The notes beneath the pieces were generated by a model. That model was given only the letters and a program-made list of their open reading frames with translations, made no database searches and had not been told where the DNA came from. From positions 842,149 through 906,148 of the forward strand of contig JAEHCO010000001.1 in assembly GCA_020697715.1 (NCBI GenBank): DNA of 64,000 nt, written 5' to 3'. The position numbers and the translations under genes are program-made. This document shows positions 9,023-18,962 of this stretch, piece by piece; the first letter of the stretch is position 1; each line of letters starts with the position of its first letter. Source of the stretch: Methanobacteriota archaeon (GTDB lineage Archaea; Thermoplasmatota; Thermoplasmata; SG8-5; JAGLSY01).

Positions 9023-10336
9023 ATGGATCTACGTAAGTTCTTGGACAAGCTGGAAGCCAGTGGCAAATTGATAAGGGTGACTAAAGAGGTAAGCACGGAA
9101 TACGAGATAGCCAATGTCATCAATTCTTTTGGAGAGCAGCCGATCATCTTTGAAAATGTGAAGGACAGTGATTTTCCAGTATTTGCCGGGATCACATCTT
9201 CCAGAGATATTATCGCAGACGGCCTGGGGACTGTGAAAGAGGATCTCCTTCTCAAGATGGTGAATGCTCTTCGTGAGCCAGTGGAGCCAGATATGGTTGA
9301 CGGAGCTGACGCACCGTGTCAAGAAGTGGTCGTCCACGATCCAGATCTTTCTAGAGTTCCTTTTTTGATGCATCTGGAAGGCGATGGCGGTAGATACGCC
9401 ACCGCCACGTGTGCTATTATCAAGGATCCTGAAACTGGCCGTAATATGTCCTATCATAGATTGATGTATCGCGGTGGAAATAAATTCACAGCCAGGCTTA
9501 TTCCCAAACGGCAGACCAGGACCACTTATGACAAGGTGGAAGGCGAGGTGGAGATCGCGGTCTGTATTGGAAATTCCGTTCCCGTGATGATAGCGGCTTC
9601 CCTTGGACCAGCACCAGGAACTGACGAATTGGCAATAGCTAATTCATTGGGAAAGACCGACCTCGTTAAGTGTGTGACAAAAGATCTGGAAGTTCCAGCC
9701 AGCAGTGAGATCGTCCTCGAAGGTAGGCTGATCAAGCAGGCGGATATTGAAGGACCATTTGTCGACCTTACTGAAACTCGCGATTTCGAAAGGCAGGAGC
9801 CTATATTTGTCGTGGATTGCATCACGCATAGGAAGGACGCGATGTACCAGGCACTTCTGGCGGGTCGGAACGAGCATAAACTATTGATGGGTATGCCGAA
9901 AGAACCCACCATATACGATGAAGTTAGCAAAGTCTGCAAATGCACGAACGCGGTCATCACACTGGGTGGAGGATCGTGGCTGCATGGTGTTGTTCAAATT
10001 CAGAAGCAAAATGAGGATGATGGAAGGAAAGCGATCGAAGCAGCTTTCCTCGGTCACAAGAGCATGAAGCACGTGATAGTGGTCGAAGATGATGTGGATA
10101 TCTTCGATCCCATAGCGATAGAATGGGCAATAGCTACCAGGTTCCAGGCTCACAAGGATGCGATCATCATGCCGGATCAACCCGGATCTTCGCTGGACCC
10201 ATCCGGGGATCACAGTGGCAAGAAGACCATGATCACGAAAGTGGGATTGGATGTGACCAAGCCGGCTGGAGTGGATCCAGCCAAGTACGTGAAAGTAAGC
10301 TACAAGGATGTGAATGTTGATGAATACCGTGGGTGA
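9023..10336 (+). CDS. UbiD-family prFMN decarboxylase, probably anhydromevalonate phosphate decarboxylase
   Basis: MDLRKFLDKLEASGKL, NMSYHRL, EIVLEG, EGPFVD, WAIATRFQA and SSLDPS motifs; sits between mvk and the AcnX subunits. Confidence 0.88.
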   Translation: MDLRKFLDKLEASGKLIRVTKEVSTEYEIANVINSFGEQPIIFENVKDSDFPVFAGITSSRDIIADGLGTVKEDLLLKMVNALREPVEPDMVDGADAPCQEVVVHDPDLSRVPFLMHLEGDGGRYATATCAIIKDPETGRNMSYHRLMYRGGNKFTARLIPKRQTRTTYDKVEGEVEIAVCIGNSVPVMIAASLGPAPGTDELAIANSLGKTDLVKCVTKDLEVPASSEIVLEGRLIKQADIEGPFVDLTETRDFERQEPIFVVDCITHRKDAMYQALLAGRNEHKLLMGMPKEPTIYDEVSKVCKCTNAVITLGGGSWLHGVVQIQKQNEDDGRKAIEAAFLGHKSMKHVIVVEDDVDIFDPIAIEWAIATRFQAHKDAIIMPDQPGSSLDPSGDHSGKKTMITKVGLDVTKPAGVDPAKYVKVSYKDVNVDEYRG

Positions 10337-10637
10337 AGGGAAATTCAGGGTCTGGCTCCAATGCGAGGGCATAGGCAATGACCTGGTCTACATGCTTGGT
10401 GGCGGTCAGAGATCGCATATAGGGAGCATAGTTCTCAAGATACCGCAGAAAGAAGTGGAAATATTGAACCTGGAAGGACATTATGATCACAGGGTGCTGG
10501 TGCCTATTGCGGAGGCGGCAGCCCAGAAGTATCACAAGAAAGTGGTGGCACTGGGTGGAGTTCACATTGATGATGCGACCAAGGAAGAAATTGAACAATT
10601 GGTCGCCAATTGCATGGAGTTGATAAAGTGCATCTGA
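10314..10637 (+). CDS. LpdD-like (prenyl-FMN chaperone, PAC-like fold) small protein
   Basis: GNDL..LGGG..SHIG, GH.D and GGVHIDDATKEEI pattern; overlaps both neighbouring genes. Confidence 0.7.
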   Translation: MLMNTVGEGKFRVWLQCEGIGNDLVYMLGGGQRSHIGSIVLKIPQKEVEILNLEGHYDHRVLVPIAEAAAQKYHKKVVALGGVHIDDATKEEIEQLVANCMELIKCI

Positions 10638-11818
10638 CGAAAGAGCAGGAAGGCATGCTGGCTGGAGAACAGGGAGAAGTTGTGGAACGATTATTCCGCC
10701 TGCTTGTCCGATTGGGCGACATCTATGGCGCGGAGGAAATGATTCCCGTTGGTAGTGTGCAGGTCGCAGGTGTGTCATACAAGTCCATTGGTGATCCCGG
10801 TCTGGAATTTCTTGAGGACTTCGCGGCCAAAGGAGCGAAGGTCAAGACACTTACATATCTCAACCCTGCTGGCATGGACATGGAGAACTGGAAAGAAGTT
10901 GGCTTTCCAGAGGACTTCGCCAAGCCCCAGATAAGGATAATGGAAGCCTTCAGAAAGATGGGCATAGTGGTCACGGCCACATGCACTCCTTACCTCGCTG
11001 GCAATCTGCCAAGGTACAGGGAGCACATCGCGTGGTCCGAATCTTCTGCGGTATCATTTTCCAATTCCGTTATCGGAGCCAGGACCAATCGAGAAGGTGG
11101 CCCATCAGCACTGGCAGCCGCGATATGTGGTGTGACCCCGAACTACGGTCTGCATCTTGATGAGAATCGCAAGCCAAACATAATTGTGAAAGTGGATAAA
11201 GAATTGGAATTCAGCTCGGACTATGGAGCATTGGGATATCATGTTGGAAAGCAGGTGAAGAACAAAATACCTTATTTCACCGGAATACCCAGCTCGGCCA
11301 ATACGGATCAATTAAAAGCACTCGGAGCAGCCATGGCGGCCTCCGGAGCCGTCGCGCTTTACCATGCAGAGGGCCTGACACCCGAAGCTCAATTGATGGA
11401 TGTATCTGGATTGGAGACCATCAATGTCGGAAAGGAGGAGATGGCCACTACTTACGAGACTCTGAACACAGGATCCATACCGGACATCGCGATACTTGGA
11501 TGTCCGCATGCGTCATTGCGAGAAATAGGGAGTTTGGCTGGCAAACTAGAGGGCTTGAAGCTCAAAAGACCCATCTGGATATGCACTTCCAGGGTGATGA
11601 AGGAAGCTGCCGATCGCATGGGATTCATCACTATCATAGAGAATGCCGGGGGCAGGGTGGTCGCCGATACCTGCATGGTGGTCTCACCCATTGAGGAAAT
11701 GGGTTTCAATATTACAGGTGTGAATTCAGGAAAGGCCGCGAACTACTTGCCTGGCTTCTGCCAGCAACAGGTTGTTTTCCATGATGTGGATGAGCTCATA
11801 AGGAGGCTGTCAGCATGA
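10628..11818 (+). CDS. Aconitase X large subunit / phosphomevalonate dehydratase large subunit
   Basis: QVAGVSYKSIG, TCTPY, WSESSAV..NSVIGARTNREGG, GCPH and DTCMVVSP. Likely start is GTG 10628 (track 10610). Confidence 0.92.
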   Translation: MHLTKEQEGMLAGEQGEVVERLFRLLVRLGDIYGAEEMIPVGSVQVAGVSYKSIGDPGLEFLEDFAAKGAKVKTLTYLNPAGMDMENWKEVGFPEDFAKPQIRIMEAFRKMGIVVTATCTPYLAGNLPRYREHIAWSESSAVSFSNSVIGARTNREGGPSALAAAICGVTPNYGLHLDENRKPNIIVKVDKELEFSSDYGALGYHVGKQVKNKIPYFTGIPSSANTDQLKALGAAMAASGAVALYHAEGLTPEAQLMDVSGLETINVGKEEMATTYETLNTGSIPDIAILGCPHASLREIGSLAGKLEGLKLKRPIWICTSRVMKEAADRMGFITIIENAGGRVVADTCMVVSPIEEMGFNITGVNSGKAANYLPGFCQQQVVFHDVDELIRRLSA

Positions 11819-12198
11819 AAGGGCGAATGATCAACCCCGGAAAGGTCGAGGCCGAGGCCATCGTATCCAGCGAGCCCATCGGGTTCTATGGTGGTATCGA
11901 TGCAAAGACCGGCATAGTGATCGAGAAAGGTCATCAGCTTGAAGGACAATCGGTCACTGGCAAGATCTTGGTCTTCCCTCAGGGAAAGGGCTCGACTGTC
12001 GGTTCCTATGTCATTTACGGCCTGCACATGAATGGTGTTGGCCCAGCGGCTATCATCAATAAGGAAACAGAGACAATTGTCGCTACAGGTGTGATATTGG
12101 CAGATATACCATGTATCGATGGTATAGACATCGATCAGATAAAGACTGGCAATAAGCTCAAGATAGATGCTGACGAAGGCCTGGTAGAGATAATATAG
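11815..12198 (+). CDS. Aconitase X small (swivel) subunit / phosphomevalonate dehydratase small subunit (DUF126)
   Basis: GGID..TG, GKILVFP.GKGSTVGSY; ATGA overlap with the large subunit. Confidence 0.92.
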   Translation: MKGRMINPGKVEAEAIVSSEPIGFYGGIDAKTGIVIEKGHQLEGQSVTGKILVFPQGKGSTVGSYVIYGLHMNGVGPAAIINKETETIVATGVILADIPCIDGIDIDQIKTGNKLKIDADEGLVEII

Positions 12199-12206
12199 AG
12201 GAACTC

Positions 12207-12968
12207 ATGCTGTCAATCCTCAATGCCCTGATATTAGGATTTCTATGGGGCATTCGTAGAGGTGCCAGCTCCTGTCTCGCTCTGTGTATTCCATCCATTG
12301 TGCCGACCCTCATGGAGGAGCGTGGGAATTGGAAGAGTGGCCTCAAGGTCGCTCTCTGGTTCAATGCACCCCGAATTATCATATTATCACTTTTAGGTGC
12401 GGTAATTGGTGCTGGCGGATACATAATAAAAGAAGGTGTTCAGGAATTTTCTGTGGGCTCATCCATCTGGGCTATTGGCTATGGCATTGTGGGATGCATC
12501 ATGATCATCTACGGAACCTTCATATTCGCCACCATTTCGGATAAGCTGGAAGAAGGAGGCGATGCGGATGATGTCGATCAGGGATCTTGCATGGAAACAC
12601 CACATCCATTGCTCTCCAAGTTCAACTTGATAACACCAAAGAGCAGAACAGGCCTCTTTTTGTGGGGAGGCCTGGTAAGCATCGCTTGCATCGGGGAGAC
12701 CGTGCTGGCTATCGAGACGATCTTTGTCGGGATATTCACTGCCGAAGGAGCTGTAAGCCCAATGACCGGAGCAATGCTCGGAGCTCTGGCCTTTTTCATA
12801 TTCGCACTTGGCACTGCGATACCATCAATGCTGATCGCCTCTTTCAGCACCTCACTGGCCGATCGTGAAAAAAGAAGAACAAGACTTCTACAGATCGAGA
12901 AATTCTCAGGTGTTTTGATGATAGTTTTCGGCGGTATACTGGTGATGACAGCGGTGTTCGTTATTTGA
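12207..12968 (+). CDS. DsbD/CcdA-like (DsbD_2-type) membrane protein
   Basis: 6-7 TM helices with intramembrane Cys (SSCLALC, IACIGE) and FALGTAIPSML...SGVLMIVFG. Confidence 0.65.
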   Translation: MLSILNALILGFLWGIRRGASSCLALCIPSIVPTLMEERGNWKSGLKVALWFNAPRIIILSLLGAVIGAGGYIIKEGVQEFSVGSSIWAIGYGIVGCIMIIYGTFIFATISDKLEEGGDADDVDQGSCMETPHPLLSKFNLITPKSRTGLFLWGGLVSIACIGETVLAIETIFVGIFTAEGAVSPMTGAMLGALAFFIFALGTAIPSMLIASFSTSLADREKRRTRLLQIEKFSGVLMIVFGGILVMTAVFVI

Positions 12969-12975
12969 TATTCAT

Positions 12976-15942
12976 TCAGGACTCTGGCTCTTCTTTCTTA
13001 TCTTCTATTTTGCCAGGTTTCTTTTTCCGAACAATTCTAGCGATATTCAATCCAATAGCGACCATGGCGAACATGATCAATACCGCGATACCCATGGTAT
13101 TGAAGGCTCCTGGATCGGCTATCTCTCCAGCACCGTGGTGGTCATCTCCATGATCTTCAACAGGAATAAGATGCGCATCCAGCCACTCGGTCTCCTGGAT
13201 ATTACCTGCCTCGTCCTCCGCGATTATCTTGTAATGGAATATATTGTGAATATCTTCTATCGGGTATGCGCTGGCGATGTATGTATTACCTCCAACTTCC
13301 CGCACTGTCATATTCACCTCGAAGGTCGGGGAGCATACTTCATCCGTACAGGAATAGTAGATCATCTTGACCTCCACCGGGTTTAGGTCACCTACCACGG
13401 CAGATACGTTTATGAGATCCGTAGACATGGCATCTACTGGCTCGTGCTCCGCACTTGCTATTATCGGGGGTATGATGTCATCCTTTACCAGAAGTGTGAG
13501 CTTTTGATTAAGATCTACAGTTGTGTCATTAACTCCCCTGGCTCTTATATTGAACTCCGCGATATCTCCCAGTGTGCTGTTGACATTGCTGATATCAACA
13601 GTTATGGCCTCTGATCCCATAGCTGGAACTGTGATATTATCAACAGACAGATCCACTGACCATCTGGATATATCATTGCTGGAAAGGTTGGCTTGTATAG
13701 CTACATCTTGATAGTTCCAAAGAGTTAGATCGAAAGATGCTGAGCTGTTCATCTCAATGGCCTTGATATCAATATCGGCTTCCCATACCAATGCATCCTC
13801 GATGCCCGCATCGATCATCTTCGAGTTCACAAGCACCCCATCTTGCCATACTGTGATAACCACACCCAGGTTGCTAAGTCTGAAATCAGAATAGGCCAAT
13901 GCATCTGTGCCATCCCATGTGATGTTTATCATTTCGATCTGACTTTCAGCCAGGTCGACCGTCTGGTTCGCTATCAGGTCGATGAAGGCATTTGGTATTG
14001 GATCTTCATCTTTATTAGGGAATCTGGATACTTTCTCTATCAGGGATGCCTTTACCAGCACCGTGTGGGTGGAATTGTCTATATTCATAATGGAAATGTT
14101 TGTCTGTAAGGATCCGGATGATTCGCTCATTATTCCGGTTATGGAAACATTGGCCTGAGCCAGTTCCGCACTGTTGATAGATCTCATGTATTCACTAATA
14201 ACACTATCAAGAACACCTGGGGTATCTATATTGCCACCGCCAGCTGTATTGATCGGGCCACCATTGAATATCGCCCATGGATGACCCTTGCTTGTATTGC
14301 TATAGTCATTTTTGATCTCTCTCAGGTATTTGGTTTCCATGAATATTGAATGATTACCAGATACCGTATCCGCATCAGTATTATAGGCTATGAAGTTCGT
14401 AATGCCCAGTTCTTCGAATTCCATAAGTACTTCCTCGGTAACTGGGCAATTGACACATGTCTCATCCACGAACAGCTCGACGAAAGGCATCTTTCCTGTA
14501 TCCACGACAGATATTGGCCCAGCAGCCTCCTGATACATCGCGACAGCATCTTCTATCACGATCTCCAGATCAGCTTTCTTGGAAACTCCAGCATCACTGG
14601 AAGAACCATATACTGACTTGAATACTGGCAGAACACCATCCGCGGTCTGATTAAGGGTGACTATGGCGAATAATGGAACGCCGGATGTGTCGTCAATTTC
14701 TCCCAACACATCATAATCATAGTAGCTGTTTACTTCATCCTCTGGTGCGAGATCGAGATTTATGTGTATGAACTTGATCTGTTCCCCATACTCTTCCTCA
14801 AGCTCGTCAATATGCGGATCCATCTCATCACATGCCGCACAAACTATCGTTCGATAATGAAGGAATACTGGACTGTGATCCAGGGTCTCCGTGACAAAAT
14901 CCTGATGATTTCCAGTACCATCATCATTGACCGTGTCCGAATCACTGAAGAACCATTCATCCGGGCTCACCGGATCAAGAGCCAGGCAACCCAAACAAGG
15001 TATGGCATTGATCGCATCCACGCGTTCGTAGCCCGCATTGTAAGCTCCTGCGAACATCAGACTCGCGGCCAATATGACCACGATCATCCATGGCATGAAT
15101 CCAGCCATCTTTCCCTTTGCGAATCTGGAACCCAGTTTCAGAGATCCATGCCTGCAATTGTCCACACATCTTCCGCAGAGAATGCACTCCGCATCTTCGT
15201 GTCTTCCCATGCCCTTCACGTCCATAGGGCATGCTCTCTCACAGAGATTGCAGTTTGTACAGGATCCCTCATCCCTTGAGAGGTTGACAGCGGACTTGTA
15301 GTTCAATGGAGCCAAGAAAGCTCCGACTGGGCACAGATACTTGCACCATCCCCTGACGACCAGTAATATCAATATTATGAAAAGCACGATGGATGTGATC
15401 TTTATCGGGAAGGTGGTTCCCAGTGTCCATTCAGAGGCATAGAATACCAGTGTGGGTACGGTTCCAGTCACTCCGCCAACTGGGCAGAAAGTGGTATAGA
15501 AAAGATCCATCGCCCAATAAGATAGGAAAGGTATCGCGATCAATATGAGGTATTTGATGTACTTCACACGATGATCGATCTCTCCACCTATCTTCTTGTT
15601 AAGATATTTGCCGATGCCAGTCTTATTGGTAACATCCTGTAGGGCACCTATTGGGCACCCCCATCCACAGAATGCTCTTCCGAAAAGCAATCCCATCAGT
15701 ACCATGAATCCTATAAAGAAACCAAGCATCGCCATGCCGGTCCAGAACAATCCCTCGATCTGTATATCGATGACCGAGTGTTCCAGTATCCCGATAGGGC
15801 ATGCTCCCACATCCCAGGGACATGAGTAACAGAAGAAGTAAGGGTAGATGATCCCGGTCGTGCTCAACCCGAACAATATTCCTGAAAGTGTGACTACCAG
15901 GAATGCGATCTGCGCTGTTCTTCTGTAAGTGCTGAGCTGCAT
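12976..15942 (-). CDS. Membrane polyferredoxin (NapH/YccM-like) fused to extracellular thioredoxin-like domains, Ig-like domains and a C-terminal TM anchor
   Basis: CYSCP...CPIG, GRAFCGWGCP, RGWCKYLCP and two 4Fe-4S motifs (CTNCNLCERACP, CILCGRCVDNC), followed by CLGC, CAAC and CVNCP motifs and a terminal hydrophobic helix. Confidence 0.8.
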   Translation of the reverse strand: MQLSTYRRTAQIAFLVVTLSGILFGLSTTGIIYPYFFCYSCPWDVGACPIGILEHSVIDIQIEGLFWTGMAMLGFFIGFMVLMGLLFGRAFCGWGCPIGALQDVTNKTGIGKYLNKKIGGEIDHRVKYIKYLILIAIPFLSYWAMDLFYTTFCPVGGVTGTVPTLVFYASEWTLGTTFPIKITSIVLFIILILLVVRGWCKYLCPVGAFLAPLNYKSAVNLSRDEGSCTNCNLCERACPMDVKGMGRHEDAECILCGRCVDNCRHGSLKLGSRFAKGKMAGFMPWMIVVILAASLMFAGAYNAGYERVDAINAIPCLGCLALDPVSPDEWFFSDSDTVNDDGTGNHQDFVTETLDHSPVFLHYRTIVCAACDEMDPHIDELEEEYGEQIKFIHINLDLAPEDEVNSYYDYDVLGEIDDTSGVPLFAIVTLNQTADGVLPVFKSVYGSSSDAGVSKKADLEIVIEDAVAMYQEAAGPISVVDTGKMPFVELFVDETCVNCPVTEEVLMEFEELGITNFIAYNTDADTVSGNHSIFMETKYLREIKNDYSNTSKGHPWAIFNGGPINTAGGGNIDTPGVLDSVISEYMRSINSAELAQANVSITGIMSESSGSLQTNISIMNIDNSTHTVLVKASLIEKVSRFPNKDEDPIPNAFIDLIANQTVDLAESQIEMINITWDGTDALAYSDFRLSNLGVVITVWQDGVLVNSKMIDAGIEDALVWEADIDIKAIEMNSSASFDLTLWNYQDVAIQANLSSNDISRWSVDLSVDNITVPAMGSEAITVDISNVNSTLGDIAEFNIRARGVNDTTVDLNQKLTLLVKDDIIPPIIASAEHEPVDAMSTDLINVSAVVGDLNPVEVKMIYYSCTDEVCSPTFEVNMTVREVGGNTYIASAYPIEDIHNIFHYKIIAEDEAGNIQETEWLDAHLIPVEDHGDDHHGAGEIADPGAFNTMGIAVLIMFAMVAIGLNIARIVRKKKPGKIEDKKEEPES

Positions 15943-15951
15943 GTGATTACC

Positions 15952-18825
15952 TTATTCTGTCTTCTTCGCTGTTTCGTCTGATATTTCAGTCTCGGTGCTT
16001 GGTTCTTCAGCTGGAGTTTCTTCGTTTGGGGCTTCTGGCTCGATATCTGAAGGTGCTTTGCCAGGTCCCTTGCCCATCATCATGATCGCGACTACGGCCA
16101 CGACGATAAGAACTATACCCAGAATGGCAAAGACGATCATGCTATCACTATCGTCATCTGTACCCGCATCATCATCAGTGACATTGCCATCATCAGCATT
16201 ATCATCGATGGTATCTGTGTTATCACCGATACCATCGCCATCCGAGTCAGTGTCCTCTGTCTCATCCAGTGGGAAGTCATCATTGATATCCAGGACACCG
16301 TCACCATCATCATCATCGTCCTCGGCATTGGTCAGTCCATCATTGTCCGTATCGTATGGCATTGTGTCTGTCGTATCTGGGATCTTATCATTATCATCAT
16401 CACCATCGATATCATTGTCCAATCCGTCATTGTCCGTATCGTATGGCATGGTGTCAATGGTATCCGGGATCCCATCCTCATCATCATCCAGATCTGCATT
16501 GTCTCCAATACCATCACCATCATAATCCATGGTCTCGGAAGCATCCTTTGGGAAGGCATCATCTACATCATCTGTCCCATCATCATCATCATCTGTGTCC
16601 GCATTATCTCCGGTCCCATCTCCATCCGTATCGATGGATTCTGTCGCATCCAGTGGGAAGGCATCTGTAAGATCGGGCACGCCATCACCATCATCGTCGG
16701 TGTCCGCATTGTCTCCGATATTATCAGAATCGGTGTCATTCCACTCGCCAGCATTTTCTGGGAAGATATCCACAGTGTTATTGTAGCCATCTCCATCGAT
16801 GTCATCGTCCAATGAATCCGGTATTCCATCATCATCGATGTCGGATGGCATGGATGTATCATCCAGTGGGTCTGTCCCTTCCTGGATCTCCACCGTGTCG
16901 AGCCAGCCATCTCCATCATCATCAGTGTCTACATCGTCACCGATGCCGTCTCCGTCCGTATCATTGTCTATAAAGAGAACCTTCGAGGCCATGTTATTGT
17001 CCTCGAATGCCTCATCAATGGCATCCAATGGGTCGAGAGTGACATTTATCGTATGATTGCCTGGAGTGGCTGTCCAGTTGAAGGTGACAATGGTGTATTC
17101 GCCATCATTCAAAGTGGTGATATTATCAGAACCCAGATATGTCTCATTTGTTGTGAAGCTGGTGAAGTTCAGAAGGATATCCGTGGCTGGGGCATTTCCC
17201 GTATTGCTCACATTTATCATCATCTCTATGATATTTCCTTCAAGGTAGGTGCCAACTGTATCATTGAACTCCAGATCCGTATCATCAATGTTAAGATCCG
17301 CTATTGGAACAGAGTTGACCTGTATGGAGAAATTCTTATATCCAGTTACCACACCGAACAATGTACCATCAACAGTTACATTTACAGTGTAAGTGTCCTC
17401 AGTTGCAGGAACTGTGATCAAGACATTGAAATCACCATTTGTATCTGTGACCACCGTGTCATTGGAGAGGGCGGTACCATCAATGGAAACATTGACCATT
17501 TCTCCTACTGAGGGATCGCCATTTCCGTATGTGGCTGTTCCATTGACCCATATCTGTGTGCTTGGAAATGCTATGGTGGGATCTGCATTGGCTGTCACAT
17601 CCAGAACAGGTGTCTGGACATCGACATCGATCGTATTGGATAGTTCGCTGTCATCATAGGTCTCATCAATGGCAGTCACGGTTATGGTACAGGCTCCTGG
17701 AGTCATTGGTAAAGTGACTTGCTGGCTGAAATTACCGTCAGCATCTGTGGATATCGCGTGATTGCCTGTGCTAAGATTGACCCAGGCCTTTGTTGTCTCG
17801 ACAGGGGTTCCATCATCATATTTGACGGTGCCGTTCACAAGAACAGATTCACCGGGATAAACAGAAGTTGGGAAAGCCGTTAGAGCGATATCATCCACTT
17901 GCGGAAATGCCACTACTTGGAACATGACATCGGCAGATACACATGGCACATTCCTTGTCTCATTACCAGCCCAGTTCTGGGTCGTATTGGTCATGTCAGT
18001 GCTGATATTGTAGAATCCAGGTGTGGTTGGAGCTGTGATCATAAATGAGTAATTCCCATTAGCATCTGTCTTGCCATTTATAGTGGGGTTGTAGGTGAGG
18101 CTCATGGGTGTGTCTTCAACAGGTATCAAATGTGAATAATTGCCTGGCTTTGATGTACTTGGCCAGTAATGTGCACTTCCATTCACCCAGAAGGTCTCAC
18201 CAGGATCCAAAATAGCCTTTGAGGCGACAGAGGTCGCATTGGTCTGTTCCGGAGGCCAGGCGGGGTTGACGTAGATCCTGTCACCATTATCAATACCATC
18301 TCCATTAAAATCAGGATAATATAACCAATCCCAGGTGGTTGTATTTTCTAAATATAGCGTAAAGTAAAAATCATATCCGTCTCCATGGGAAGCCTCGTAT
18401 ACATTGGCTGACAGCCCCTCATCTCCGGGTAATTGGTAAGTGAAGAGATTGTAAGTAGTCATGTTTATGGGAGAAAGCTCGACCCAAGGAGGGGGCGTGT
18501 CATAACATATGGTATGATTACAATATCCTGTAAAGATCTCTGCATAATCAATTGATAGATTCGTCATAATATTCAATGTTATTATGTCTCCTGCCTCTTC
18601 AATTTCAATATATGAAGGTTGAATTCCAATTGCCTCCCAGTAAATACCCATCGGATACCTGGGAGTGGTGTAAATATCTATTATAGCGTCCTCTTGTGGT
18701 ATGACAATTGGGGCTGAAACTTCTTCCTGCTGTGGCATCGAAGTACCTGGCCCAATCATCAATGGGGTCATGAAGCTCAATATCAGAATTCCTGCTATCA
18801 TCATGCTGAACTGTGTTTTCTTCAT
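15952..18825 (-). CDS. Cell-surface protein: signal peptide, Ig-like and CARDB domains, thrombospondin type-3 repeats, C-terminal TM
   Basis: Signal peptide; CARDB-like VSNTGNAPA...DPLDAIDEAFEDNN; many DxDxDGxGD/DAFP repeats; TM helix followed by an acidic tail. Confidence 0.85.
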   Translation of the reverse strand: MKKTQFSMMIAGILILSFMTPLMIGPGTSMPQQEEVSAPIVIPQEDAIIDIYTTPRYPMGIYWEAIGIQPSYIEIEEAGDIITLNIMTNLSIDYAEIFTGYCNHTICYDTPPPWVELSPINMTTYNLFTYQLPGDEGLSANVYEASHGDGYDFYFTLYLENTTTWDWLYYPDFNGDGIDNGDRIYVNPAWPPEQTNATSVASKAILDPGETFWVNGSAHYWPSTSKPGNYSHLIPVEDTPMSLTYNPTINGKTDANGNYSFMITAPTTPGFYNISTDMTNTTQNWAGNETRNVPCVSADVMFQVVAFPQVDDIALTAFPTSVYPGESVLVNGTVKYDDGTPVETTKAWVNLSTGNHAISTDADGNFSQQVTLPMTPGACTITVTAIDETYDDSELSNTIDVDVQTPVLDVTANADPTIAFPSTQIWVNGTATYGNGDPSVGEMVNVSIDGTALSNDTVVTDTNGDFNVLITVPATEDTYTVNVTVDGTLFGVVTGYKNFSIQVNSVPIADLNIDDTDLEFNDTVGTYLEGNIIEMMINVSNTGNAPATDILLNFTSFTTNETYLGSDNITTLNDGEYTIVTFNWTATPGNHTINVTLDPLDAIDEAFEDNNMASKVLFIDNDTDGDGIGDDVDTDDDGDGWLDTVEIQEGTDPLDDTSMPSDIDDDGIPDSLDDDIDGDGYNNTVDIFPENAGEWNDTDSDNIGDNADTDDDGDGVPDLTDAFPLDATESIDTDGDGTGDNADTDDDDDGTDDVDDAFPKDASETMDYDGDGIGDNADLDDDEDGIPDTIDTMPYDTDNDGLDNDIDGDDDNDKIPDTTDTMPYDTDNDGLTNAEDDDDDGDGVLDINDDFPLDETEDTDSDGDGIGDNTDTIDDNADDGNVTDDDAGTDDDSDSMIVFAILGIVLIVVAVVAIMMMGKGPGKAPSDIEPEAPNEETPAEEPSTETEISDETAKKTE
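16200..16970 (-). repeat. Coding tandem TSP3 calcium-binding repeats
   Basis: Repeated DTDDDGDG / DAFPLD / DTMPYDTDNDGL units; boundaries approximate. Confidence 0.8.
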
Positions 18826-18904
18826 TTTATCTTCCTCTGTAAATTATTGAATGATATTGTAAATGTGAATTATGTTTTAGTATTTGTTTCTGATGGTGAT
18901 TTTA

Positions 18905-18943
18905 TTAAAAAATTAAATGGGAGAGAGCCCGTAGGGCTCTCTC
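18905..18943 (-). terminator. Hairpin plus T-tract terminator
   Basis: GAGAGAGCCC-GTA-GGGCTCTCTC (18921-18943), followed by a T-rich run on the minus strand, 20 nt after the stop at 18963. Confidence 0.7.
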
Positions 18944-18962
18944 ATTTACTTATTCCTCATGC

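Noticed and set aside
16200-16970. Repeat-rich stretch as a CRISPR array
   Set aside because: Repeats are degenerate, in frame and encode TSP3 motifs; no constant repeat-spacer pattern and no cas genes.
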